Under the pieces are notes generated by a model, which was not told the DNA's origin, ran no database searches, and worked only from the letters and a program-made list of their open reading frames with translations. This document shows positions 29,182 to 39,195 of a DNA stretch of 64,000 bases, piece after piece. The stretch covers positions 66,159 to 130,158 of the forward strand of contig NZ_CANMSY010000008.1 of NCBI RefSeq assembly GCF_947500705.1, written 5' to 3'. Both the position numbers and the translations under genes were made by a program. The stretch is from an uncultured Brachybacterium sp. GTDB taxonomy: Bacteria > Actinomycetota > Actinomycetes > Actinomycetales > Dermabacteraceae. Positions within the stretch are counted from its first letter, which is position 1. Each line of letters opens with the position of its first letter.

Positions 29182-30099
29182 TCACGAGGACTGCCTGGTC
29201 CGCAGATGTCTCACATCTCCGACATCCACGGCCACCTGCCCGACTCCTTCACGGTCGACGACCAGCCTGCCGTGGACGTCCACGGTCCGGGCGAGGCCGT
29301 ACCAGGAGCTCGATCGCTCTCCCCCCGTGTCGGGATCCCCCAGAGGATCGACTCGCACGTGACGCCCCAGTGTGAGGCACGTCATAGTGTAGCGGTCGTG
29401 GATTCCGGAGCGGACGCCGTCTCCCCCAGTGGACTCGAGGCGGGCGAGCTCCTGGGCGAGTGCCGTCACCAGCGATCTCTCGAGCCGCTCCTGCAGCTCC
29501 TCATCCGGCAGGACATCCGGCTGTCCTGCGTCGCTCGTCGGGCGCTGGCCGCCCTCTCCCCGCAGCCAGGCGGCGCCGGGCACGACGGCGCCGTCCTGCT
29601 GACGCACCGGCCCACGCAGATTCAGTCCGATGCCCACCAGCACCGCCTGCGCACCCCGCCCCTCCACCAGGATCCCTCCGAGCTTCTGCCCGTCCGCCGT
29701 GTGCAGGTCGTTGGGCCACTTGAGGCCGATCTCCTGCGTCGCCCGCAGGCCGAGCACCTCGCCGAGGGCGGTGACCGCGGCCAGCCCGGCCGCCAGCGGG
29801 AACCAGCCGCGGTGGGCCGGCGCCAGTCCGCTGCGGTGGACGTACGTGAGGGAGAGGCTGGATCCCTCGGGGCTCGCGAAGGCCCGGCCGAGCCGCCCCC
29901 GGCCGGCCGTCTGCCGGCGGGCGGTGAGTGCGAAGGGCGGTGCCAGACCCTCTGCCAGCCGGCGCGCCGCCTCGTCCTGGGTCGAGGTGACCGTGCCGCG
30001 CCGCAGGATGACCGGCTCCACCCCGGCAGGGCGCTGCACCGCTGCGCCATCGCGCGATCCTGAGCTGTCGGACTCTGCTGCGCCAGTCGTGCTCGTCAT
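29182..30099 (-). CDS. birA: Biotin--[acetyl-CoA carboxylase] ligase
   Basis: TSTQ, QTAGRGRLGRAF, LKWPND, KLGGILVE and VGIGLN. Confidence 0.9.
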   Translation of the reverse strand: MTSTTGAAESDSSGSRDGAAVQRPAGVEPVILRRGTVTSTQDEAARRLAEGLAPPFALTARRQTAGRGRLGRAFASPEGSSLSLTYVHRSGLAPAHRGWFPLAAGLAAVTALGEVLGLRATQEIGLKWPNDLHTADGQKLGGILVEGRGAQAVLVGIGLNLRGPVRQQDGAVVPGAAWLRGEGGQRPTSDAGQPDVLPDEELQERLERSLVTALAQELARLESTGGDGVRSGIHDRYTMTCLTLGRHVRVDPLGDPDTGGERSSSWYGLARTVDVHGRLVVDREGVGQVAVDVGDVRHLRTRQSS

Positions 30100-30278
30100 G
30101 CCGCTCCTCGTCCTGCCGCTCGCCCTGCTGTCCGGGGTGGACCTCGCCGATCGCCGAGCCGCGGCGGCGCTGGTGGCGTCGGGGCGTGGGCGACCGCCGT
30201 CGGACCTCCGTAGCGTAGTATCCCGATGTCCATCCGCCGGATCACTACGCGGCCCCGCAGGCCGCAGCAGGAGGCTCC

Positions 30279-31868
30279 GTGACCGACGCTCCGCGGCCGC
30301 TCACCACCGCCCAGCGACTCGAGGACCTGCGCGAGCGCAACGCCGCTGCGGTCTCCGCCGCCGATGAGCTCGCGGTCCAGAAGCAGCATGCCCGCGGCAA
30401 GAAGACCGCCCGGGAACGGATCTCCGATCTGCTGGACGATGGCTCCTTCGTCGAGACCGATCGCTTCGTACGGCATCAGGCCCGCAGCTTCGGCATCGAT
30501 GCCAAGCGGCCCGACGGAGACGGCATCGTCACCGGCTTCGGCACCATCGACGGCCGCCAGGTGTGCGTGTACTCACAGGACTTCACCGTCTTCGGAGGCT
30601 CCCTCGGCGAGGCGCACGGTCGCAAGATCCAGAAGATCCAGGACCTCGCGCTGAGCACCGGAGTGCCGATCATCGGCATCCTCGACGGCGGCGGTGCCCG
30701 CATCCAGGAGGGTGTCGCCTCGCTCGCGATGTTCGCCGGGATCTTCAAGCGCAACACCCGCGCCTCGGGTGTGATCCCGCAGATCTCCCTGATCATGGGC
30801 CCGGCCGCCGGCGGCGCGGTGTACTCCCCGGCGCTGACGGACATCATCGTGATGGTCGAGAAGACCTCCCACATGTTCATCACCGGCCCCGATGTGATCC
30901 GCACGGTCACCGGTGAGGACGTCGGCTTCGAGGAGCTCGGCGGCGCACGCACCCACTCCTCCCGCTCCGGGGTCGCCCATTACATGGCGCCCGACGAGGC
31001 GGAGGCGATCGAGTACGTCAAGGACCTGCTCAGCTACCTCCCCGCCAACACGCTGAGCCCCGCCCCTTCCTTCCCCGTGCGCTTCGAGCAGGACCGCACC
31101 CCGGCGGACACCGCCCTGGATGCTCTGGTGCCGGATTCGCCGAACCAGCCCTACGACATGCTCACGGTGCTGCGGGCGGTGCTCGACGACGAGGAGTTCC
31201 TCGAGGTCCAGCCGCTGTTCGCCCGCAACATCCTGGTGGGCTTCGGCCGCGTCGAGGGTCACAGCGTGGGCATCATCGCCAACCAGCCCTCGCACCTCGC
31301 GGGCACCCTGGACATCGACGCCTCCGAGAAGGCGGCGCGCTTCGTGCGGCTGTGCGATGCGAACAACATCCCGGTGCTCACCTTCGTGGACGTGCCCGGC
31401 TTCCTCCCCGGCACCGATCAGGAGTACGGCGGGATCATCCGCCGCGGCGCGAAGCTGCTCTACGCCTACGCCGAGGCGACCGTCCCGCTGATCACCGTGA
31501 TCACCCGCAAGGCCTACGGGGGCGCCTATATCGTGATGGGCTCGAAGGAGCTCGGCGCGGACATCAACCTCGCCTGGCCCACCGCCCAGATCGCCGTCAT
31601 GGGTTCGCAGGGAGCGGTGAACATCCTCCACCGGGGCGATCTGCGCCAGGTCGCCGAGCAGGGCGGGGATGTCGAGTCCGAGCGCCAGCGCTTCGAAGCG
31701 GAGTACGACGAGCAGTTCGCCAATCCCTACACCGCTGCCGAGCGGGGTTGGATCGACGGCGTGATCCCTCCGGCCGACACCCGGCTGGAGGTGGCCCGGG
31801 CGCTGCGTGCGCTGCGCACCAAGCGGGACACACTGCCCACCAAGAAGCACGGGAACATCCCGCTGTGA
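30279..31868 (+). CDS. Acyl-CoA carboxylase carboxyltransferase (beta) subunit
   Basis: [37 protein letters not shown] and KKHGNIPL. Confidence 0.95.
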   Translation: MTDAPRPLTTAQRLEDLRERNAAAVSAADELAVQKQHARGKKTARERISDLLDDGSFVETDRFVRHQARSFGIDAKRPDGDGIVTGFGTIDGRQVCVYSQDFTVFGGSLGEAHGRKIQKIQDLALSTGVPIIGILDGGGARIQEGVASLAMFAGIFKRNTRASGVIPQISLIMGPAAGGAVYSPALTDIIVMVEKTSHMFITGPDVIRTVTGEDVGFEELGGARTHSSRSGVAHYMAPDEAEAIEYVKDLLSYLPANTLSPAPSFPVRFEQDRTPADTALDALVPDSPNQPYDMLTVLRAVLDDEEFLEVQPLFARNILVGFGRVEGHSVGIIANQPSHLAGTLDIDASEKAARFVRLCDANNIPVLTFVDVPGFLPGTDQEYGGIIRRGAKLLYAYAEATVPLITVITRKAYGGAYIVMGSKELGADINLAWPTAQIAVMGSQGAVNILHRGDLRQVAEQGGDVESERQRFEAEYDEQFANPYTAAERGWIDGVIPPADTRLEVARALRALRTKRDTLPTKKHGNIPL

Positions 31869-32149
31869 CCGCTCCGCACACCACGACAGAACCCTCCGAC
31901 AGCCCGCCGGTGCGCCTCTCCGACGTCCGACTCGTGCAGGGATACCTTCGCGATGACGAGCTCGCCGCGATCGCGGTGGTGATCTCCGCGATGAGCGTCA
32001 CCAGCCGGCTGGAGGCCGAGGAACGCACCCTCGCCGAGGGCCAGAGCGCGGGCGCCGGTGCCTGGGCCGATCCCGTGCACTGCCATCCCCGTGCCCATGG
32101 TCTGAGAGGGCTCCCCTCCCCCGCCGCCTGGCAGTTCTCGGATCGCTGA
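31865..32149 (+). CDS. Acyl-CoA carboxylase epsilon subunit (AccE-like)
   Basis: GTGA overlap with the beta subunit; VQG...DELAAIAVV, then W..P and a terminal W; typical position. Confidence 0.75.
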   Translation: MTAPHTTTEPSDSPPVRLSDVRLVQGYLRDDELAAIAVVISAMSVTSRLEAEERTLAEGQSAGAGAWADPVHCHPRAHGLRGLPSPAAWQFSDR

Positions 32150-32180
32150 ACCGGCAGCGCATCGCACTAGACTGCGGCGC

Positions 32181-33860
32181 ATGTCCGAGCCTGCTCCCAC
32201 CACCCCTGTGCGCACCGCCTCCGCCCTTGACCGCCTGGCCGACGAGTACGTCGAGCTGAGCGCCCGCCTGGATCCGTTCCTCGCCACCTCGCTCGGCATC
32301 CCCGGGTACGACACCGAGGTCACCGACTACTCCCCCGCCGCCGTCGACGAACGCACCGACGCCGCCCGGACCCTGCTGTCCCACGTCGCCGAGCTCCCCG
32401 ACCAGGACGCGGTGGACTCTGTCACCCGCGCCGCACTCACCGAGCGTCTCGGCCTCGAGATCGAGCGCGCCGAGCAGCGGTTGGACATCGCGGCCGTCAA
32501 CAATCTCGCGTCCCCGCTGCAGTCCCGCGATGTGCTCGATCAGATGCCCACCGAGACCGCCGCCGACTGGCACGTGATCGCCCAGCGCATGCAGGCGATG
32601 CCCCGCACGCTCAGCTCCTGGGTCCAGTCGCTGCAGGAGGCCGCCGAGCACGGTGTGCTCTCCTCCCGCCGCCAGCTCCTGCTCGGCGCGGAGCAGGCTC
32701 GCGGCTATGCCGCTGAGGACGGTTTCTTCGCCGGCTTCGCCCGGGACGCCGTGGGGGACGACACCCAGCGCGCACAGGTCACGGAGGCGGCGGGCGCCGC
32801 CGCGCGCGGCTATCTCGACCTCGCCGAGCAGCTGGAGGCGCTCGCCCCCCGCGCCCCGGAGCACGACGCCGTCGGGCGCGACGCCTACGCCCTGGCCTCC
32901 CGCACCTTCCTGGGGACCGACATCGACATCGACGAGACCTACGCCTGGGGCATCGAGGAGCTGCGCTCCGTGGTCGCCGAGCAGGAGGAGGTCGCCGAGC
33001 GCATCAACGCCCGCGCCGGCAACGGCGGTGGCGGCTCAGTGGCCGCGGCCAAGGACGCGCTGAACGCCGATCCGGCCCGGATCCTGCACGGCACCGAGGA
33101 GCTGCGTCGCTGGATGCAGGACCTCAGCGACCGTGCGATCGAGGACCTCGCCGGAACCCACTTCGACATCCCCGAACCGCTGCGCAGGCTCGAGTGCAGG
33201 ATCGCCCGCACCGGCTCCGGCGGCATCTACTACACCGGCCCCAGCGAGGACCTCACCCGTCCCGGCAGGATGTGGTGGGACGTCCCGACCGGGACCACCG
33301 AGTTCCACACCTGGCTGGAGACCACCACCGTCTACCACGAGGGAGTGCCCGGCCATCACCTCCAGGTGGGCATCCAGACCCTGCAGGCGAGCACGCTGAA
33401 CCGCTGGCGCGCCCTGATGTGCTGGGTCTCCGGCCACGGGGAGGGCTGGGCCCTCTACGCCGAACGGCTGATGGATCAGCTCGGTCATCTCTCCGACGAC
33501 GGCGACCGGCTCGGGATGCTCGATGCGCAGCGCCTGCGCGCGGGCCGGGTGGTGCTGGACATCGGCCTGCACTGCGGCCTGCCGATGCCGGAAGGCCTCG
33601 CCGGCTCTGCGGGTGGTGCCTGGAGCTACGAGAGCGCCTGGGACTTCATGAGCGCCCATTGGGGCGTGACCGAGGCGGAGCAGCGCTTCGAGCTGAACCG
33701 CTACCTGGGATGGCCCGGCCAGGCGCCCTCCTACAAGGTGGGCCAGCGGGTCTGGGAGCAGCTGCGAGCGGCGTCCACCGAGCCGGCCCGAGACTTCCAC
33801 CGACGCGCCCTGCAGCTGGGCAGCCTGCCCCTGTCCGTCCTCGAGGAGGCCCTGCGATGA
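32181..33860 (+). CDS. DUF885 family protein
   Basis: YYTGPS, TTVYHEGVPGHHLQ, GEGWALYAE and RYLGWPGQAPSYKVG. Confidence 0.9.
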   Translation: MSEPAPTTPVRTASALDRLADEYVELSARLDPFLATSLGIPGYDTEVTDYSPAAVDERTDAARTLLSHVAELPDQDAVDSVTRAALTERLGLEIERAEQRLDIAAVNNLASPLQSRDVLDQMPTETAADWHVIAQRMQAMPRTLSSWVQSLQEAAEHGVLSSRRQLLLGAEQARGYAAEDGFFAGFARDAVGDDTQRAQVTEAAGAAARGYLDLAEQLEALAPRAPEHDAVGRDAYALASRTFLGTDIDIDETYAWGIEELRSVVAEQEEVAERINARAGNGGGGSVAAAKDALNADPARILHGTEELRRWMQDLSDRAIEDLAGTHFDIPEPLRRLECRIARTGSGGIYYTGPSEDLTRPGRMWWDVPTGTTEFHTWLETTTVYHEGVPGHHLQVGIQTLQASTLNRWRALMCWVSGHGEGWALYAERLMDQLGHLSDDGDRLGMLDAQRLRAGRVVLDIGLHCGLPMPEGLAGSAGGAWSYESAWDFMSAHWGVTEAEQRFELNRYLGWPGQAPSYKVGQRVWEQLRAASTEPARDFHRRALQLGSLPLSVLEEALR

Positions 33861-34645
33861 CCCACCCCCGCGACACGACCGATGCCGTTGCCGATGCCGA
33901 TGCCGATGCCGTGATCGATCCCTTGATCGATCTCGTGACTGATCCCGACCATGACCCGCTGCTGCTTCTCGCCTCCGCCTCGCCGGGACGTCGCGCCACC
34001 CTCCGTGCGGCCCGCATCGAGCATTCCGCGATGCCGGTCGATCTCGACGAGGACGCGATCCTCGCCGCCGCCCGCGAACGAGCCTCCGAATCCGGGGATC
34101 CCGAGGACCTGCTCACCGCAGAGGAGGAGGTGCTGCTGCTGGCTCGGGAGAAGGCCCTCACGGCGACCGCCCGCAGCGAGGGCGGCTATGTGGTGCTCGG
34201 CTGCGACTCGATGCTCGAGCTGGACGGCGAGGTGATCGGCAAGCCGCTGACCGCCGAGCGCGCCCGGGAGCGCTGGCAGGCCATGCGCGGGCGCACCGCG
34301 GTGCTCCACTCCGGGCACTGGTTGGTGGACGACCGCGACGAGGAGGACGGCGGCACCGGGGCGACCTTCGGCGCGACGGCGAGCTGCCAGATCAGCTTCG
34401 CCGCACTCAGCGACGAGGAGATCGACGCCTATGTCGCCACCGGCGAACCGCTCGGTGTGGCGGGCGGTTTCACCATCGACAGCATGGGAGGTCCCTTCAT
34501 CGAGAGCGTCGACGGCGACCCGCATGCCGTCGTCGGCCTCTCCCTGCCGCTGCTGCGCACGATGCTCGCCGAGATCGGTCTGGGCATCCACCAGCTGTGG
34601 GGCGAGATACCCACCAGCAGCCCTGCGGGCCCCGACACCGCCTGA
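33857..34645 (+). CDS. maf: Maf family nucleoside-triphosphate pyrophosphatase
   Basis: LASASPGRR, GCDSM, GKP, GEPLGVAGGFTIDS and VVGLSLP; ATGA overlap with DUF885. Confidence 0.9.
   Translation: MTHPRDTTDAVADADADAVIDPLIDLVTDPDHDPLLLLASASPGRRATLRAARIEHSAMPVDLDEDAILAAARERASESGDPEDLLTAEEEVLLLAREKALTATARSEGGYVVLGCDSMLELDGEVIGKPLTAERARERWQAMRGRTAVLHSGHWLVDDRDEEDGGTGATFGATASCQISFAALSDEEIDAYVATGEPLGVAGGFTIDSMGGPFIESVDGDPHAVVGLSLPLLRTMLAEIGLGIHQLWGEIPTSSPAGPDTA
33881..33910 (+). repeat. 5 x 6-bp GATGCC microsatellite (DA repeats) in the maf N-terminus
   Basis: gatgcc gttgcc gatgcc gatgcc gatgcc. Confidence 0.75.
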
Positions 34646-34698
34646 ACGCCCGCGGTACTAGACTCGGCCACTGCTGACTCCCGGAAGGAACCCCGCCA

Positions 34699-36480
34699 AT
34701 GCCCGCACGCTCCTCCAAGCCCCGCCCCCTGTCCACGGTGCTCATCGCCAACCGTGGAGAGATCGCGGTGCGGGTCGCACGGGCCTGCCGGGACGCCGGG
34801 CTCCGCTCCGTCGCCGTCTACGCCGACCCCGACCGCGACGCCCTGCACACACAGATCGCCGACGAGGCCTATGCGCTGGGCGGCAGCACCGCCGCCAGCT
34901 CCTACCTGGTCGTCGACAAGATCCTGGACATCGCCAAGCGCTCCGGCGCCGACGCAGTGCATCCCGGCTACGGCTTCCTCTCCGAGCGCGCCGATTTCGC
35001 CCAGGCGGTCATCGACGCCGGACTGACCTGGATCGGCCCGCCCCCCTCCGCCATCGAGAAGCTCGGCGACAAGGTCTCCGCCCGGCACATCGCGCAGAAG
35101 GCCGGCGCTCCCCTGGTCGCCGGCACCAAGGACCCGGTGCAGAACTCCGACGAGGTCGTCGACTTCGCCCGCGAGCACGGCCTGCCGATCGCGATCAAGG
35201 CCGCCTTCGGCGGCGGCGGTCGCGGCCTGAAGGTGGCTCGCGAGGAGTCCGAGGTGCGGGAGCTGTTCGACTCCGCGGTGCGTGAGGCCGTCGCCGCCTT
35301 CGGCCGCGGCGAGTGCTTCGTCGAGCGCTTCCTCGACTCCCCCCGCCACGTCGAGACCCAGTGCCTGGCGGACATCCACGGCAACGTCCAGGTGGTCTCC
35401 ACCCGTGACTGCTCGCTGCAGCGCCGCCACCAGAAGCTGGTCGAGGAAGCCCCTGCACCGTTCCTCACCCCGCAGCAGAACGCGCAGCTGATCTCCTCGT
35501 CGAAGGCGATCATGCGGGAGGCGGGCTATGTCGGCGCCGGCACCTGTGAGTTCCTGGTCGGCAAGGACGGCACCATCTCCTTCCTCGAGGTCAACACCCG
35601 GCTCCAGGTCGAGCACCCGGTGACCGAGGAGGTCGCAGGGGTGGATCTGGTGCGCGAGCAGCTGCGCATCGCCGCGGGCGAGCGCATCAGCGACCAGGAC
35701 CCGGTCGTGCGGGGACATTCTTTCGAGTTCCGGATCAACGGCGAGGACCCGGGCCGCGGCTTCATGCCCGCCCCTGGCCGGATCCAGCGCTTCGATGCCC
35801 CCTCCGGCCCGGGTGTCCGGGTCGAGACCGGGGTCCGCACCGGGGACGAGGTCTCCGGGGCCTTCGACTCGATGCTGGCCAAGCTCATCGTCACCGGCGC
35901 CACCCGCCAGGAGGCGCTCGAGCGCTCCCGCAGGGCGCTCGCGGAGTTCACGATCGAGGGGATCCCGACGGTGCTCCCCTTCCACCGCAAGGTGGTCGAG
36001 GACCCGGCGTTCGCACCGGAGGATCCCGAGCAGGCCTTCTCCGTGCACACCACCTGGATCGAGTCCGCTTTCGACAACGACCTGCCGGCCGCACCGCTGC
36101 CCACTCAGCCCGAGGAGGCGGAGGATCGCGAGGCCGTGGTGGTCGAGGTCGACGGCCGCCGGGTCGAGATCAGCCTGCCCGCCTCGTTGCGCGCGCCGCA
36201 GGCGGCGGTGCGCCAGCGTCGCAAGCGTCAGCACCGTGCTTCCGGCGACGGCACCGCCGCCGGCGGGAACAGCGTCTCCGCTCCGATGCAGGGCACGATC
36301 GTGAAGGTCGTCGCCGAGGAAGGGCAGTCCGTCTCCGACGGCGACCTGCTCGTGGTGCTCGAGGCGATGAAGATGGAGCAGCCCATCACCGCGCACCGCT
36401 CCGGTGTCGTCAAGGGCCTGAGCGCGGAGATCGGCGCGACCGTCTCGGCCGGTGCCGTGCTCTGCCAGATCGAGGACTGA
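34699..36480 (+). CDS. Acyl-CoA carboxylase alpha subunit (biotin carboxylase + BCCP; AccA3-like)
   Basis: [39 protein letters not shown] and biotin site EAMKM. Confidence 0.96.
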   Translation: MPARSSKPRPLSTVLIANRGEIAVRVARACRDAGLRSVAVYADPDRDALHTQIADEAYALGGSTAASSYLVVDKILDIAKRSGADAVHPGYGFLSERADFAQAVIDAGLTWIGPPPSAIEKLGDKVSARHIAQKAGAPLVAGTKDPVQNSDEVVDFAREHGLPIAIKAAFGGGGRGLKVAREESEVRELFDSAVREAVAAFGRGECFVERFLDSPRHVETQCLADIHGNVQVVSTRDCSLQRRHQKLVEEAPAPFLTPQQNAQLISSSKAIMREAGYVGAGTCEFLVGKDGTISFLEVNTRLQVEHPVTEEVAGVDLVREQLRIAAGERISDQDPVVRGHSFEFRINGEDPGRGFMPAPGRIQRFDAPSGPGVRVETGVRTGDEVSGAFDSMLAKLIVTGATRQEALERSRRALAEFTIEGIPTVLPFHRKVVEDPAFAPEDPEQAFSVHTTWIESAFDNDLPAAPLPTQPEEAEDREAVVVEVDGRRVEISLPASLRAPQAAVRQRRKRQHRASGDGTAAGGNSVSAPMQGTIVKVVAEEGQSVSDGDLLVVLEAMKMEQPITAHRSGVVKGLSAEIGATVSAGAVLCQIED

Positions 36481-36521
36481 ACCCCGACTCTCGACGCCGC
36501 CTCGGCGCGGCTGCTCAGGCC

Positions 36522-36578
36522 GACGTCATCTGGCAGCGCTGACGTCATCTGGCAGCGCTGACGTCATCTGACAGCGCC
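36522..36578. repeat. 3 x 19-bp intergenic tandem repeat GACGTCATCTGGCAGCGCT
   Basis: Two exact copies at 36522 and 36541, and a third, GACGTCATCTGACAGCGCC, at 36560. Confidence 0.92.
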
Positions 36579-36584
36579 GACTTC

Positions 36585-36627
36585 GACGTTCAGACCATTC
36601 TGCGGAACCCATACCAGTCTGAACGTC
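36585..36627. repeat. Perfect 11-bp inverted repeat with a 21-nt spacer
   Basis: GACGTTCAGAC (36585-36595) and GTCTGAACGTC (36617-36627). Confidence 0.8.
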
Positions 36628-36697
36628 TATCTCGCACCTCTCTGGCTCGACCCCTCTGGCCCGACGTCGAGGTGCACAGCATCTCCGGCCGTGCCGC

Positions 36698-38164
36698 TCA
36701 GCTCTCCGAGTCGAGCACCCGTTGCCTGGCCACCTCGGCCAGCGAGCCGGTGAGCGAGGGATAGACGGTGAAGGTGCCGGCCACCTGTTCGGCGGTGAGC
36801 CGGTGGGCGACGGCGAGGGTGTACGGCAGGATGAGCTCGCTCGCGCGGGGCGCGACGACGACCGCACCGATCACGGTGTGGGAGCCGGGACGCACGATCA
36901 GCTTCACGAACCCCTCGGTGATGCCCTGCATCTTCGCGCGGGGGTTGGTGTCCAGGCCCAGCACCATCACGTCGCCGCCGACCACGCCGTCGAGGACGTC
37001 CTGCTCGCTGACGCCGACCACCGCGATCTCGGGGCTGGTGAAGATCGCGGAGGAGACCTGCGTGGAGATCAGGGGGGAGACCGCGTCGCCCAGGGCGTGG
37101 TGCATCGCGATCCGGCCCTGCATGGCGGCGACGGAGGCGAGCGGGTACACCCCGGTGCAGTCCCCGGCGGCGTAGATCCCGCGCACCGAGGTGCGTGAGA
37201 CGCGGTCGGTCTCGATGTGGCCTGAGTCCTTCACCCGCACGCCGGCGGTCCACAGCCCGAGGTCCTCGGTCCACGGGATCCCGCCGAGGGCCATCAGCAC
37301 ATGGCTGCCGGCGATCTCCTCGCAGGACGTGAGGGTCACCACCACGCCCTCCTCGCTGCGCCGGGCGGTGGCGGCGCGCGAGCGGGGGCGCACGGTGACG
37401 CCGCGCCGTGCGAAGGCATCCTCGAGCACGTCCGCGGCGTCCGCATCGCTGCCGGGCAGCACCTTCTCGCGGGAGGAGACCAGGGTGACCTCGCTGCCGA
37501 GCGCCCGGTAGGCGCTGGCGAACTCAGCGCCGGTGACCCCCGAGCCGACCACGATCAGGTGCTCGGGCAGGCAGTCCAGCGCATACAGCTGGGTCCAGTT
37601 CAGAATCCGCTGCCCATCGCACGGGGCACTGTCCAGCTCTCGCGGGCGGGCACCGACGGCCAGCAGGATCACCTCGGCCTCGTGCTGAGCGATCCGCATC
37701 CCGGTGGGGTCCAGCACCTCGATCCGGTCCGGTCCGTCCAAGCGGCCGCGCCCCTCGAGGATCTGCACCCCGGCTTCCTGCAGGCTCGTGCGGATGTCGA
37801 CGGACTGCGCCGCGGCGAGCTCGCGCACTCGCTGGTTGACAGCCGCGAGGTCGACGTTCAAGGTGTGGGCGGTCGGGGCGGCGCCGGTGTCGGCATCGCG
37901 GATGCCCAGCTGCTGGGAGCCGGCGACCTGGTCCAGGACCTCGGCGGTGGCGATGAGCGTCTTGGACGGCACCACGTCGGTGAGGACAGCGGCACCACCG
38001 ATGCCGCGCTCCTCGACCAGGAGTGTCTCGGCGCCGTGCCGGGCGGCGGTGAGGGCGGCCTCATAGCCGCCGGGGCCGCCGCCGATGATCACCACCCGGG
38101 GCCGCCCACCGGTGTGCGGGAGACGTCGGGGGTCGGAAGGCAGGGCTGTGCTGGGATCACTCAC
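36698..38164 (-). CDS. lpdA: NAD(P)H-quinone reductase, LpdA-type flavoprotein disulfide reductase
   Basis: IIGGGPGGYEAA; GGAAVLTDVVPSKT, which lacks the CxxxxC pair as in mycobacterial LpdA; VGSGVTGAEFA and AAGDCTG. Confidence 0.88.
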   Translation of the reverse strand: MSDPSTALPSDPRRLPHTGGRPRVVIIGGGPGGYEAALTAARHGAETLLVEERGIGGAAVLTDVVPSKTLIATAEVLDQVAGSQQLGIRDADTGAAPTAHTLNVDLAAVNQRVRELAAAQSVDIRTSLQEAGVQILEGRGRLDGPDRIEVLDPTGMRIAQHEAEVILLAVGARPRELDSAPCDGQRILNWTQLYALDCLPEHLIVVGSGVTGAEFASAYRALGSEVTLVSSREKVLPGSDADAADVLEDAFARRGVTVRPRSRAATARRSEEGVVVTLTSCEEIAGSHVLMALGGIPWTEDLGLWTAGVRVKDSGHIETDRVSRTSVRGIYAAGDCTGVYPLASVAAMQGRIAMHHALGDAVSPLISTQVSSAIFTSPEIAVVGVSEQDVLDGVVGGDVMVLGLDTNPRAKMQGITEGFVKLIVRPGSHTVIGAVVVAPRASELILPYTLAVAHRLTAEQVAGTFTVYPSLTGSLAEVARQRVLDSES

Positions 38165-38316
38165 CCCGCCATTGTGGCAAAGCCCCGGCCGGTCAGGGGC
38201 TGGTTCGGGGGCAACTGAGCATCTCACCACCGGATCACGGCAGAGCGCAACCGCGTCTCGCCCCCGGGACCGGCTGCGGTGCCCCGCAAGGGGCTTCTCT
38301 GCGCTACCTTCGGTCC

Positions 38317-39195
38317 ATGACTGCTTCCGCATCCGATCCGTATCAGCTCGCCCGCGACGCCGCCGCCGCCATCGCCGAGGCCAGCGGGGTCCCCGCCCAC
38401 GATCTCGCCCTGGTGCTCGGTTCCGGCTGGGCCGAGGCCGCCGATCTGCTCGGCGAGACCGTCTGGCAGGGCGACGCCACCACCATCCCCGGATTCCGGC
38501 CGCCCGCGGTCGCCGGCCACATCGGCACCCTGCGCTCGGTCCGCGTGGAGGGCACCGGCGCCCGCGCGCTGGTGCTCGGAGCGCGCACACATTTCTACGA
38601 GGGCGCGGGGGTGGATGCCGTGGTCCATGGGGTCCGCACCGCGGCCGCGACCGGGGCCCGCACCATGGTGCTGACCAACGGCTGCGGCGGCATCGATCCG
38701 TCCTGGATCCCTGGCACCCCGGTGCTGATCCGTGACCAGATCAACTTCACCGGGGCCACTCCCCTGGTGGGCGCCAACTTCGTGGACCTCACCGATCTGT
38801 ACACCCCTGCCCTGCGGAAAATCGCCCGCGAGGTCGATGAGAGCCTCGCCGAGGGCGTGTACATGCAGTTCTCCGGCCCCAGCTACGAGACCCCGGCGGA
38901 GGTGCAGATGGCCAAGGCCGTGGGCGCGAACCTGGTCGGGATGTCGACCGCGCTCGAGGCGATCGCCGTGCGTGAGGCGGGGATGGATCTGCTGGGGATC
39001 TCTCTGGTCACCAATCTCGCCGCCGGGATCAGCGGTGAAGCCCTGAGCCACCAGGAGGTGCTCGAGGCGGGCCGCGACGCGGGCCCGCGCATCTCGCGGC
39101 TGCTGGCCGAGACCGTGCGCCGGATCACCGGCGTGGCGGGCGATTCCGGGGCCGCGAGCGGGTCCGGCGCGAGCGGGTCCGGCGGCGTGGCATGA
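38317..39195 (+). CDS. punA: Purine-nucleoside phosphorylase (trimeric family)
   Basis: VLGSGW, RTHFYEG, LTNGCG, GPSYETPAE, VGMST and SLVTN. Confidence 0.93.
   Translation: MTASASDPYQLARDAAAAIAEASGVPAHDLALVLGSGWAEAADLLGETVWQGDATTIPGFRPPAVAGHIGTLRSVRVEGTGARALVLGARTHFYEGAGVDAVVHGVRTAAATGARTMVLTNGCGGIDPSWIPGTPVLIRDQINFTGATPLVGANFVDLTDLYTPALRKIAREVDESLAEGVYMQFSGPSYETPAEVQMAKAVGANLVGMSTALEAIAVREAGMDLLGISLVTNLAAGISGEALSHQEVLEAGRDAGPRISRLLAETVRRITGVAGDSGAASGSGASGSGGVA
39153..39182 (+). repeat. 2 x 15-bp coding repeat in the punA tail (ASGSG x2)
   Basis: CGCGAGCGGGTCCGG twice. Confidence 0.7.

Noticed and set aside
30111-30122. 12-bp match (TCCTGCCGCTCG) to the 54-bp element just upstream of birA
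   Set aside because: Too short in GC-rich DNA; no hairpin or coupled ORF around it
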